Source of the DNA: Promethearchaeia archaeon
GTDB taxonomy: Archaea; Asgardarchaeota; Lokiarchaeia; Sigyniarchaeales; SOKP01
Direction: 5' to 3'
Length of the DNA: 64,000 nucleotides
NCBI GenBank assembly: GCA_046483985.1
Contig: JAWOCD010000090.1
Location: 1 to 64,000 of the forward strand
This document shows positions 9,195 through 18,723 of this stretch, piece after piece. Both the position numbers and the translations under genes were made by a program. The notes beneath the pieces were generated by a model. It was not told the origin of the DNA. It made no database searches and saw only the letters and a list, made by a program, of their open reading frames with translations. The stretch's first letter is position 1, and every line of letters starts with the position of its first letter.

Positions 9195-12100
9195 TTATTC
9201 TTTTTTTAAAGGGATCGTAAAAAGAAAAGTCGACCCTTTTCCTCGTCCTTCGGATTCCCCCCAGATTTTCCCCCCATGAGCCTCGACAATCTCCTTGGTA
9301 ATATATAATCCTAATCCAGTACCTTTTTCTTTAGTATAATTTTTTCTTGTTTGTTGAATCGTTGAAAATTTTCTAAAAATTGATTTAATTTCGCTAGGAG
9401 TTAACCCAACTCCGTTATCAGTAATTGAAAGCAAATAATCCTTCCCCCGTTTTTCTGCTGAAATTTCAATTCTCCCCCCTATCTGGGTAAATTTTATGGA
9501 GTTAGAAAATAAATTGGTAAAAACATGCTTTATTCGGAGGGGATCGGCATAAATCTTAGCGTTTTCTGGAACCTCTTTGATGATTTTATGATTTTTCTTC
9601 TTAATTTGAAATGTTAATTCCTCTAGACACTGCTCAATAATTTGGTTAAGGTCCAATTTTGCTTTTTGTAACTCAAGCTTTTCTTCATCGATCTTTAGAA
9701 CATTTAGCATCTGGTCCATTAAAGTCTGAAGGGTTTTTGCATTCCTTAATATTACCTTGAGATCGTTTTTAATTTCTGGATTGAGATCTTCATGTTTCAT
9801 CATAATATATTCAGCATATCCTCCTATACTAATTAAAGGGGTTTTTAGTTGATGAGATGATAGGGTGATAAAATCGCTCTTAACTTTGTCCAACTTGCGC
9901 AGTTCTTTATTTTTTCTTTGTAACTCCTTTGTTCTCTGTTTGACTTTCTGCTCTAACCTCTTATTTAATAATTCTAATTCTTTTTTTGCCACTATTTCAT
10001 CTGTAATGTCTTTGGTATGAACGAGGACCAAATCCGGTGAAATAAATCCATAACTTACTGATAAATATTTATATTCTCCTGTCGTTTTATAATGGTATCT
10101 CATCTCTCTATGAATTATTTCTTTATTGTAAAAGCATGCCTCCAAGTCTTTTACGATGTCTGGTTTGTCGCCATACATTTCCGATGCTTTTATTCCTAAA
10201 TAATCATCAATCTGATTTTCTGTGATATCCACAGCTGCATGGTTGAAGTCAGTTAGAATAAAATCATCTTCTCTTTTTTGCCAAATATATGTGGGGATGG
10301 GGATACCCTTGAATAATCCTTCAAATTTTTCCTTTGATCTTCTGATTTTTTCCTCTGCTTTTCGTTTTTCGGTGATATCATGAATAACCCCCCGTAATCC
10401 AACGACTTTATCATTTTTCACGATAGGTCTTGAATGGATTAATCCATAGAATATTTCGCCGTCCTTCCTTATCATTTTGTATTCATGGGGGTTAGTTTCC
10501 TCTCTGTTCAATATTTTCATTATTGCCTTTTTTGCTTTTTTATGATGCTCTGGTGCGATAACCTCAAAAATATTTATTCCCTTTTCCACATCCTCTTCGG
10601 TGAACCCAAATTTTTTCAAACCCGCGGGATTTAAATAAGTCACAAACGACTGCTTATTCGCTTCATAGATAATGTCGGGTAATAATTCAGTTATATCCTT
10701 GTATTTTCGTTCCGACCGTTTTAAATCTTCTTCCGCTTTTTTTTTTTCAGTAACATCGATTAATGTCACTAAATCCGCCTTTCTTCCCTCATATTGAATT
10801 GTCTTCGAATAATTCTCAAGCCACAAATCTGTTCCGTCTTTTCGAGAACATTGGAATTGATAATGAGTCTCCACATCTTTATCTCCTCTTTGTTTCTTAA
10901 TTGCTTGTTTTTTGACAAACTCTTTATCTTTTGGATGAATTTTATTTAAAAATACAAATTCATCCCAACTGAGTATTTCTTCGATGGAATACCCTAATAT
11001 ATCCGTTATCCCCTTATTTGCATATTTAATAACATTGTCTTGGATGATAAAAATCCCTATCAACGATTGCTCTGTGATGGTTCTGAATTTTTCTTCGGAT
11101 TCTTTTAATTTTCTCTCAGCTACTTTTTGCTCAGAAATATCTCTCAATATGGCAATTATTCTAAAATTTCCATCCTTAAAAAATAGGCTTGCTTTTCCTC
11201 TAATAGGAATATAATGCCCGTCCTTATGCTTTGCTCTATATTCCCACGTAGTTTCACCAGTTATTCTAATCTCCTTCGCGACAATATCCATTGTATTATT
11301 TATATCATCAGGGTGAATATCCGCTAAAGCATTTGTCCCTACTAATTGTTCTGGTTTGAACCCAAACATTTCTTCACCTTTAGGACCAACATAAGTATAG
11401 TTCATGTGAGTGTCGAGTTCGACAACCGTGTCTGGGATGTTATTTAATAAATGAAAATATTTCTTGTTAACTTTTTTTAGTTTAAGATCAACCATCTTTT
11501 GCTCGGTGATATCTGTAATTACTGCAAACATCCCATCGTAATTTCCTTCCTCATCATAAAGTGGTTGGGGAGAAATTATGCCATAGTTGAGCTCCCCATT
11601 TTCTTTAGTCCATTTTATTTCGTACGGCTCAACTTTTCCTTTTTTACTTTTTATATCTTCCAGATGTTCTGAATGATATTCCCTATCTTTTTCCTCCAAT
11701 AACATATTAAACTTGCTATTTATACTCTCTTTTCTTCTTAAATTGAAAATCTTGCAGAATCTATCATTGACATAGGTTATGAATCCCTCTTTATCTTGAA
11801 TAAAAAAACCCTCATTCATCGTTTCAATTAAATTTTTATATCTTTTTCGATTTCTCTCAAGAGATCTTTCTGCTTTTTTTCGTTTTGTGACATCCTCAAA
11901 AGTTGTGAGAATCCCGATAACCTCTTCACTTTTATCAAAAATGGGGATTCTATTAACATCAAGATAAATTATGTTATCTTTGCTCCGTACCCATTTTTCT
12001 ACCTTATGATACTCCGGTTGTTTACTTTCTAACACTTTTCTTTCTCTTTTATTTATTTTTTTTGCCAGGTCTCCGTGCTCGACCAACTCATAAATTGTTT

Positions 12101-12758
12101 TTCCAATTACCTCTCTTGGTTGATTTAATTCGAATAAACGTGAAAAGTTGTTATTACACCCTAAATAAATTAATTCTTTATTTTTCCAAGCGATATATTG
12201 GGGTATATTATCCAAAATGAGTTGGAGCATAGTTTTTAGTTCATCTAACAACTCCAATTTTTCTCGTGGTTGTAATAACTTCCAAAATCTAATCTCTGAG
12301 AGATTTAAGACTAACTCCCTGAACCTTTGCTCATAATTATTACTTTCTTCTGGAAAGGATTTTCTTTCCGTCGAGGATTTTGTGATAACAAGGAGTATAT
12401 TTTTATTATTCTTCTTGTCGAATATCTGTTTTCCCTTTATTTTGAGAGTAATATAGTCCTTTTTAAGTCCTTTCCTTTTAAATTTAACCTCGACTGGATT
12501 TTCTTTATTATGTGCAGAAATTTGAGTAAGAAACGTATTAAATTTATCGAGGTCCAGAGGATTTATGAAATTTTTAATTTTTTTGCCTAACATATCGCCT
12601 TTGCGAAAGCCCGTCAAATTTATGAGGGCCTTCTGGTTAAGGTAGATTATATGGAAATCACTATTTAAGATAAGGATTAAATCATTCAGTTCTTCAAATA
12701 TTTCCCTAAAAAAACTATTGTTTTGAAGATTTGAGAGATAATTAGGAATATCTACCAC
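9195..12758 (-). CDS. Cytoplasmic multi-PAS sensor histidine kinase
   Basis: About 7 PAS/PAC repeats ending in D(I/V)(T/S); H-box SHQLKTPL; NLFSNSIKFT, DNGVG, GTGLGL. Confidence 0.95.
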   Translation of the reverse strand: MVDIPNYLSNLQNNSFFREIFEELNDLILILNSDFHIIYLNQKALINLTGFRKGDMLGKKIKNFINPLDLDKFNTFLTQISAHNKENPVEVKFKRKGLKKDYITLKIKGKQIFDKKNNKNILLVITKSSTERKSFPEESNNYEQRFRELVLNLSEIRFWKLLQPREKLELLDELKTMLQLILDNIPQYIAWKNKELIYLGCNNNFSRLFELNQPREVIGKTIYELVEHGDLAKKINKRERKVLESKQPEYHKVEKWVRSKDNIIYLDVNRIPIFDKSEEVIGILTTFEDVTKRKKAERSLERNRKRYKNLIETMNEGFFIQDKEGFITYVNDRFCKIFNLRRKESINSKFNMLLEEKDREYHSEHLEDIKSKKGKVEPYEIKWTKENGELNYGIISPQPLYDEEGNYDGMFAVITDITEQKMVDLKLKKVNKKYFHLLNNIPDTVVELDTHMNYTYVGPKGEEMFGFKPEQLVGTNALADIHPDDINNTMDIVAKEIRITGETTWEYRAKHKDGHYIPIRGKASLFFKDGNFRIIAILRDISEQKVAERKLKESEEKFRTITEQSLIGIFIIQDNVIKYANKGITDILGYSIEEILSWDEFVFLNKIHPKDKEFVKKQAIKKQRGDKDVETHYQFQCSRKDGTDLWLENYSKTIQYEGRKADLVTLIDVTEKKKAEEDLKRSERKYKDITELLPDIIYEANKQSFVTYLNPAGLKKFGFTEEDVEKGINIFEVIAPEHHKKAKKAIMKILNREETNPHEYKMIRKDGEIFYGLIHSRPIVKNDKVVGLRGVIHDITEKRKAEEKIRRSKEKFEGLFKGIPIPTYIWQKREDDFILTDFNHAAVDITENQIDDYLGIKASEMYGDKPDIVKDLEACFYNKEIIHREMRYHYKTTGEYKYLSVSYGFISPDLVLVHTKDITDEIVAKKELELLNKRLEQKVKQRTKELQRKNKELRKLDKVKSDFITLSSHQLKTPLISIGGYAEYIMMKHEDLNPEIKNDLKVILRNAKTLQTLMDQMLNVLKIDEEKLELQKAKLDLNQIIEQCLEELTFQIKKKNHKIIKEVPENAKIYADPLRIKHVFTNLFSNSIKFTQIGGRIEISAEKRGKDYLLSITDNGVGLTPSEIKSIFRKFSTIQQTRKNYTKEKGTGLGLYITKEIVEAHGGKIWGESEGRGKGSTFLFTIPLKKE

Positions 12759-12767
12759 TTTTATGAT

Positions 12768-14495
12768 CTACCTCGAACATGGTAAGTAAAAATGAAAAGT
12801 TGATCCCTTATATTTCCCTCCAGAATCAGCCCAAATTTCCCCCCCGTGGGCTTCGATAATCCCTTTGGCTATATAGAGCCCTAGTCCACTTCCGTTATTA
12901 AAATTTGGTTTACCAATTGAAAAATTATTAATTGATTCTCGTAATTTAACAAATTTTCCGAAAAGTTTTGAGATTTCCTCGTCAGTTAACCCTATTCCGG
13001 TATCTTTTATCTTGAAGAAACATTTATTATTTTCCAATTTTGCCGATATTTGAATCTTTCCTTCCTCAAGGGTGAATTTAATGGAATTTGAAATTAAGTT
13101 TGAAAAAACTTGACCGATTTTATCTTTATCAATAGGTAACTTTAGATCTTTTTGTATTAGATTATCTACTTTTATGTTCTTTTTATTTATTTGAAATCCA
13201 AGTTCCGATAAGGTTTTACGTACAATTTCATAAATATTTATGTCTTGTATGAAGAGATCCAATTCCATTTGTTGTGAATCTATTTTTATGACATCCAAGA
13301 GTTGTTCTATATATTCTTCTAATCGTTTTACGTTTTTCTTAACTGTGTCTAAATCTTTCCTAATTTCTTGATCTAAATTCTTATATTTGGTTAAAATGTA
13401 CTCAGTATATCCTCCAATAGAAACGAGTGGTGTCTTTAGAGCGTGCGTTGTCATCGAAATGAAGTCGTTTTTAACTTTATCCAACTTGCGCAATTTTTTG
13501 TTTTTTCTTTTTAATTCGATATTTTTTTTCCTCAAAACTTCTTGAGATTCCTGGAGTTTTTTAGTTTTTTCATTTACTCTCATCTCCAAAATTTTGTTCA
13601 TTTTTTTTAACTTTTCCTGGGATTCTTTGATTTTTCTTTCATTTTCGATGGTCCGTGTTATATCATTAAGGCTGATTAAAACTCCCACCTTTTTGTTCTC
13701 CGAATTTTCTAAGGGGATTCGATTGATATCAAACCATCCTTCATAACCATTAGGGAGGGTAAGTTTTTTTTGTTTTTGTCGAATTGGTTTATTTTCTTCA
13801 AAAACACTTCTATCTAATTTTTTGATTTCCTTTAGAGTGTCTTTTGACCAATCAAAATGGTCATCCGTTAGTCCTGAAACTTTTTCAGGAGAATCTAGAT
13901 TTAAAATTTTAGCATATTCGGGGTTACATCCGATGTATTCAAAATCCTCGTCTTTCCATGCAATAAATTGAGGGATATTATCTATAACATATTCGAGCAT
14001 TTCTCTTGCCTTATCCACGGCGGATAAAGCACTTTGTGGAAAGAGGATCTTCCAGAACCTTAACTCTGGAAAGTTTTCCATTAATTCTTCAAATCTCGAT
14101 TCTATATCCTCTTTTTGTTTTTCTATCTTTCTGTATTTTTCAATTTTTCGTCCTATTATTAGTGCTCTTTTATTCCCTCTCTTATCTAAAAACCTTCTTC
14201 CTTTTAATTCAAACCATTGATATGTTTTTTTCTTTTTAAGCCTAATTTCAACAGTTTTCTTTCCGTCTTTAAAAATTCGTTTAATAAGGTTGCTTATTTT
14301 ATTTTGATCTTTTTCGTGTACACTTTCCGAGATATTTTGGCTTATTAATTTCTCTTTTTTAATACCTAAATGTTTCAAATGAGATTCATTTGCATAAAGG
14401 TAGTTCCCAGATTTGTCCGTAATGAGGACTGGATCAGTAAAATACTCAGATATTAAGTGTTCCATATCAAAGTCTATCAGCTGGTTTTTAATCAT
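12768..14495 (-). CDS. PAS sensor histidine kinase
   Basis: Two PAS domains, coiled coil, H-box THALKTPL, NLISNSIKFT, DTGIG, GSGLGL. Confidence 0.95.
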   Translation of the reverse strand: MIKNQLIDFDMEHLISEYFTDPVLITDKSGNYLYANESHLKHLGIKKEKLISQNISESVHEKDQNKISNLIKRIFKDGKKTVEIRLKKKKTYQWFELKGRRFLDKRGNKRALIIGRKIEKYRKIEKQKEDIESRFEELMENFPELRFWKILFPQSALSAVDKAREMLEYVIDNIPQFIAWKDEDFEYIGCNPEYAKILNLDSPEKVSGLTDDHFDWSKDTLKEIKKLDRSVFEENKPIRQKQKKLTLPNGYEGWFDINRIPLENSENKKVGVLISLNDITRTIENERKIKESQEKLKKMNKILEMRVNEKTKKLQESQEVLRKKNIELKRKNKKLRKLDKVKNDFISMTTHALKTPLVSIGGYTEYILTKYKNLDQEIRKDLDTVKKNVKRLEEYIEQLLDVIKIDSQQMELDLFIQDINIYEIVRKTLSELGFQINKKNIKVDNLIQKDLKLPIDKDKIGQVFSNLISNSIKFTLEEGKIQISAKLENNKCFFKIKDTGIGLTDEEISKLFGKFVKLRESINNFSIGKPNFNNGSGLGLYIAKGIIEAHGGEIWADSGGKYKGSTFHFYLPCSR

Positions 14496-14723
14496 TCAAT
14501 CTTCACTAATTTCGGCTGTGTAGTGAGGAAAAATTTAAAGATCTTTCCAATTAGGAAAAAATATTTACACTATTATAAAGTTTAATTTCATTATAATAAA
14601 CTTTTTTTCTTATTTTTTAATTTCATTTATTCCTTCTTTATGATTTTTGTGTACTTACTATATAAAATAATTAACAAACATTATAAATTCTGATTGCATA
14701 ACAAAATTCAAGCTTAACCAGGA

Positions 14724-14888
14724 GTTAAGCCTAATGATAGAACCTTTCTCTGCTCTGAATGTTAATATAAGCAAGATAGAGATGTGGTTGGAAGCATTAA
14801 TATACTTCGTAATTATAGGAAGAAGCAGAACCTTAATTTACGGTTGGAGAACCAACCTATATTGTCTAATGTAATGATCACGCATTAG
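14724..14888 (+). pseudogene. tnpB: tnpB C-terminal remnant (zinc finger half plus RuvC-III)
   Basis: Reads VKPNDRTFLCSEC*YKQDRDVVGSINILRNY...ITH*, matching TnpB F.C..C....DRD...A.NI; premature TAA at 14763. Confidence 0.85.
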
Positions 14889-14927
14889 AGAATATGAATC
14901 TCACGCCTTCAAGCGTGAGTAGTTCAA
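14809..14927 (+). mobile_element. IS200/IS605 right end / omegaRNA-like region E4 (family B)
   Basis: About 95% identical to 16389-16507; ends CTCACGCCTTCAAGCGTGAGTAGTTCAA; TCA at 14924-14926 is the stop of the convergent gene. Confidence 0.85.
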
Positions 14928-16096
14928 TCCTTCAGTCTTGAGGACGCTTTGCAAAAAGGACAGACTTTTTCTCTTGCAAAACTTTTTTTAAGGCAATCAA
15001 CATGGAAATAATTATCGCAAGCGTCACACTTATATACATATACATCTTCAGAATCATCAAACATGATTCCACATTGAGGATGACCGCAAACTGCAGTCAT
15101 GATTTCTCCCGCTTCACTTGCAAATTTAACTTTTTCTATTATGTTAACGTTGTCTGTATCTGTACCTGTTTTTCTTTCTCTATGAATTGAAAGGGGGATT
15201 TTTAGCAAGTAATAACAGAACGGACATCTTAAAACAAGATAATTACCGTTTTGTTCCGATTGTTGTTGCTCGGCCCATTGTATTGCACAATGTAGATGTA
15301 TTGGCTTGAGACAGTTGGGACAAAACCGTCCACATCCATAAAACCCAGTTTCGCAGACCATACATCGTTCTGAATGACAAATAGCGCAAGTTAAATCCTC
15401 AAAATTAATGTTTGCTTTTTGCTTTTCGGTTAAATCTTCGGGCTTTAAGAGTTCGGAGGCGATATCCTTACTCATCTCATCAAGCGTATCCTCTTTGGTG
15501 TCGGAGAAGATATTGGAGATTTTTATTTTCTTTTTGGCGGCTATTTTCTCTATGATGCTTTCATATTCGAGTTCATCTTGAATATAGTAATTATTTCCCC
15601 CGGTAATTTCAACGACTCTTTTAAGGATATTTCCCGAAATAATTCCCTTTCCAAATCTTAAGAAATCTATTATAATTCCCAAATCATTTGCCGCTTTTGC
15701 GAATTTAATAGGATTTGACATCTTAGGATATATATACCCATCGGAGATGACAATAATGCGAAAGAGTTTCTGACCGATTTTTCTTTTTTCACGAATAATG
15801 GATTTTACTGCTTTATCTAATGGAAAGCGCGTTTTACCGATAATCTCTGCCTCTTTATAAATAAAATTCTTAATTGTTTGGTAATCTCTGAAGTATTCTT
15901 TTAGCTCATATGTGACATCGGAATATAAAATCACAGAAAATCGGTCATTTGGATCAACTTTGAGCTTTTTTTCGATTATATCCTTTAAACTTTTTAATTC
16001 CCAGTAAAGACGTCGTTTATCTAAGAGATCTCTTCTGAACGAAGAACGAGAAATATCAATTAAAAATAACGTATCTTCAGATAATTGCTTAGAAAT
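14924..16096 (-). CDS. vWA domain plus two Cys/His zinc-finger (RING-like) domains, TFIIH p44/Ssl1-like; probable ATT start
   Basis: The frame stays open upstream of the called GTG (15934) and encodes EDTLFLIDISRS (MIDAS DxSxS). No ATG/GTG/TTG occurs before the upstream TAA. AGGTG lies 7 nt before ATT at 16096. Also IIVISDG, CAICHS..FCPNC..HLHC..W..CPFC, YKCDAC..FHVDC..CPFC. Confidence 0.85.
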   Translation of the reverse strand: MSKQLSEDTLFLIDISRSSFRRDLLDKRRLYWELKSLKDIIEKKLKVDPNDRFSVILYSDVTYELKEYFRDYQTIKNFIYKEAEIIGKTRFPLDKAVKSIIREKRKIGQKLFRIIVISDGYIYPKMSNPIKFAKAANDLGIIIDFLRFGKGIISGNILKRVVEITGGNNYYIQDELEYESIIEKIAAKKKIKISNIFSDTKEDTLDEMSKDIASELLKPEDLTEKQKANINFEDLTCAICHSERCMVCETGFYGCGRFCPNCLKPIHLHCAIQWAEQQQSEQNGNYLVLRCPFCYYLLKIPLSIHRERKTGTDTDNVNIIEKVKFASEAGEIMTAVCGHPQCGIMFDDSEDVYVYKCDACDNYFHVDCLKKSFAREKVCPFCKASSRLKD

Positions 16097-16212
16097 TACT
16101 AAACACCTAATTTAATATTAATAGATTAAAATTAATGATAAAATTTATTCTTATATGTTTTTTAAATGGTATCATCATTTAGATCAACATAATTTTTTTA
16201 TGTTAATTTTAT

Positions 16213-16507
16213 CATAAAAGCAAAAGGAACCATCATCCTTTAGGATGGAGATGAATTTTGCGTTTAACTCACTAAATATCTTAAGACCATATATTTAAAT
16301 AGGTCGATATCCATATTTTTAAATAGACCAATTTCTAACTTATAATTATACAATGCTTCGGACTAATACCCTAGCATTAGTATAGTGTGTAATTATAGGA
16401 AGAAGCAGAACCTTAATTTAGGGTTGGAGAACCAACCTATATTGTCTAATGTAATGATCACGCATTAGAGAATATGGATCTCACGCCCTTAGGCATGAGT
16501 AGTTCAA
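16213..16507 (+). mobile_element. Internally deleted tnpB element E5 (LE family 2, promoter-like tract, tnpB start and tail, RE family B)
   Basis: TTTAT|CATAAAAGCAAAAGG..CCTTTAGG..TTTTGC left end; TATA-like TATTTAAATA; short ATGCTTCGGACTAAT; 119-bp right end shared with E4 ending GTAGTTCAA. Confidence 0.85.
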
Positions 16508-16560
16508 TATTTAGATATAATGAAAAATAATTTTTATGTTATCATTAGAAGTTTAATATT

Positions 16561-17190
16561 ATGACGGTGGAGCCACGATTTGAGATAACTAACAAAGGAA
16601 GGGTTCGGTGCATTTACCATACACAAAATAATTCAATCCATCGACCGAAATCTAAAAGTAATCTATTGCCCACCCAGTTGGTTGGAGAAGATTTAACCTG
16701 TAAAACATGCGAAAATTATAAAAAGGATGACTGTTATTTCTCAAGAGAAGAATTGGATGAGATAGATCCAGGAAATCTCATCAATCTTCACACACATGTC
16801 TGTAAACTTTGTGGCGAACGAATACATAATATGCATTCCATTGTCTATAAACATTATTATGAAGAGAAATATAGTGTAGACATCCCTCTGATCTGCTGCG
16901 ATTGCTATAAGACTTTAAGCAATTATAACCATGATATAATTACTTCATTATTAAGCAAATCTGTGAAGGAAACTTCCAATTTATTTTTTCTCGCGTGGAT
17001 AATATTTTCAGTCCTCTTTTTTATGGCAATATTTTCAATAAAAAGCTTGCTTGCGTTTGGAGGGTTAATGGTGCTGTTTTTTTCCTTTTCTCTCTGGAGT
17101 TTAAACAAGATCTTAAAAATATTAAAAGGTCTTAAATATTATAAAAAGAATTTTCAAGCTATTAGAAAAGTGGATGCTGAGGATACTTAA
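16561..17190 (+). CDS. Hypothetical Cys-rich protein with two C-terminal TM helices
   Basis: C..H, CKTC..C, CKLC..CCDC clusters followed by two hydrophobic helices. Confidence 0.75.
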   Translation: MTVEPRFEITNKGRVRCIYHTQNNSIHRPKSKSNLLPTQLVGEDLTCKTCENYKKDDCYFSREELDEIDPGNLINLHTHVCKLCGERIHNMHSIVYKHYYEEKYSVDIPLICCDCYKTLSNYNHDIITSLLSKSVKETSNLFFLAWIIFSVLFFMAIFSIKSLLAFGGLMVLFFSFSLWSLNKILKILKGLKYYKKNFQAIRKVDAEDT

Positions 17191-18308
17191 CCGAGTTCCC
17201 CCGCCCATCCCCTCACTGTTTTCCGCATTTTTTCTTGATTTGAAATTATCTCTTGGATTTCCTCCTCATTTTTGGTCTTAAGGTCTCTAAGCTCAGGAAC
17301 AAAGTCATAATAAATCATATGATTCTTACAAATTGGAGAAACTAGACCATCAGGTATGTTTTTGGGGTTTTCGGAAAAATCCGGATAACTAAGTTCCCAA
17401 ATTTCCAAAAAATCAGTAATATCCTTATGATGCTCAAAAATAGGGATTACACCCAAATTATTGGGGGTGGTCACGGCGATATTAGCCCTTCTCAAGGAGT
17501 AACGATTTCCGTTAAAAGAAACAGCAATACCCCCTTCTCTATCTACTCTTTTGAGCATATTAATATCTGTAATTGAATCTCCTAATGCGATCATTTCAGA
17601 TATTGGAACATTTGTCCTTTCCGCAATATCCTCTACTGCCTTTTCCTTTCGCTTCCCTCCACGCACCTCCACATGATTCATAATTTTTATATAATCATTA
17701 GATTCACTTTTCCAGAAATACTCATTTAAATCTTCCAAAACGGTATCTAAGTTCTTGTTGGTGTCAAGATACTTTTGAAAAATCTGATGGATTAATACTT
17801 TAACACTCTTATTGATATCTGAAACTTCATCTTTGAGCTTGCCGATGGGTAATTGGGTACAATAAACATGATCTTGGGGGATATTTAATTCTCCAGTCAC
17901 TGTATAGGCAAATTGTGTATAACTTGTGGAAATTACAAATATCTCCCATTCTTTCTGCAATAACGCCATCAATTCTTGGGATCCCGGTAAGAGACCTAAA
18001 TGATTTTGTGCCAATTCACAAAGCTCTTCTTCACTAAAAGCTGCCACATATAGAGGCGCAAGCAATCGTAAGGTATCTCCAGGTTGATATTCGGGGATAT
18101 TTAATTTATCTTTTATTCCGGGGGTATCTATTAGATAGTCGTCGTAATTAGAAATCATAAAAAAGAACTCTCCCATATCATAATCTGCCAACTTTAAATT
18201 GGGAGCATCTCTCAAGCGCTTTCCCAATTCAGCTGCGAAATCGGTCACTGAAATGGGGCCTTCAAGATCCCAGCAACATATCTTCTTAGTATTCATATAA
18301 ATTTTCAC
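17187..18308 (-). CDS. HAD-superfamily hydrolase (EhaR-like)
   Basis: WDLEGP motif I, ISTSY motif II, GDSITD motif IV, SFNGN; true start probably ATG at 18296. Confidence 0.85.
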   Translation of the reverse strand: MKIYMNTKKICCWDLEGPISVTDFAAELGKRLRDAPNLKLADYDMGEFFFMISNYDDYLIDTPGIKDKLNIPEYQPGDTLRLLAPLYVAAFSEEELCELAQNHLGLLPGSQELMALLQKEWEIFVISTSYTQFAYTVTGELNIPQDHVYCTQLPIGKLKDEVSDINKSVKVLIHQIFQKYLDTNKNLDTVLEDLNEYFWKSESNDYIKIMNHVEVRGGKRKEKAVEDIAERTNVPISEMIALGDSITDINMLKRVDREGGIAVSFNGNRYSLRRANIAVTTPNNLGVIPIFEHHKDITDFLEIWELSYPDFSENPKNIPDGLVSPICKNHMIYYDFVPELRDLKTKNEEEIQEIISNQEKMRKTVRGWAGELG

Positions 18309-18421
18309 AAAACTGATTAAAACTTATATTGAAAGATTCAAAAGCAGTATAATAACTTTCTTATTAACAATTTGTTAATTAAAATTTCTCCGAACTGTGT
18401 GCGCCCTTAGGCTTTTTTTAT

Positions 18422-18723
18422 CATTAAAGGCAAAAGAATACCCCGTCCTTTAGGGTGATGGTGATTTTTGCTCTCATTTTACCCTAAGAACCGAGAGTTC
18501 AGAGTTCGGAATCGAGTTAATCGCAATCAATGTTTCCCATACAGTATCTACTTGTCCAGAGTGTCAATCTAAAGTAAAACCTAAATTTTCTTAAAAAGTA
18601 TAATCAAGTTTATTATCCCTTCGGGGACGATCATTTCGGGGTGAGAACCACGCCGTATTGTCTAATGTGTGTATTAAGCATTAATGCGTATGAAGCTCAT
18701 GCCTTTAAGGGTGAGTAGTTCAA
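18422..18723 (+). mobile_element. Internally deleted tnpB element E6 (LE family 2, tnpB fragment, RE family B)
   Basis: TTTAT|CATTAAAGGCAAAAGAATACCCCGTCCTTTAGGG left end; 18502-18582 reads EFGIELIAINVSHTVSTCPECQSKVKP (TnpB G.....V....TS..CP.C); end GCTCATGCCTTTAAGGGTGAGTAGTTCAA overlaps the HEAT gene stop. Confidence 0.85.

Noticed and set aside
16510-16537. TTTAGATATAA resembling an archaeal dif half-site
   Set aside because: No matching inverted arm after a 6-bp spacer.
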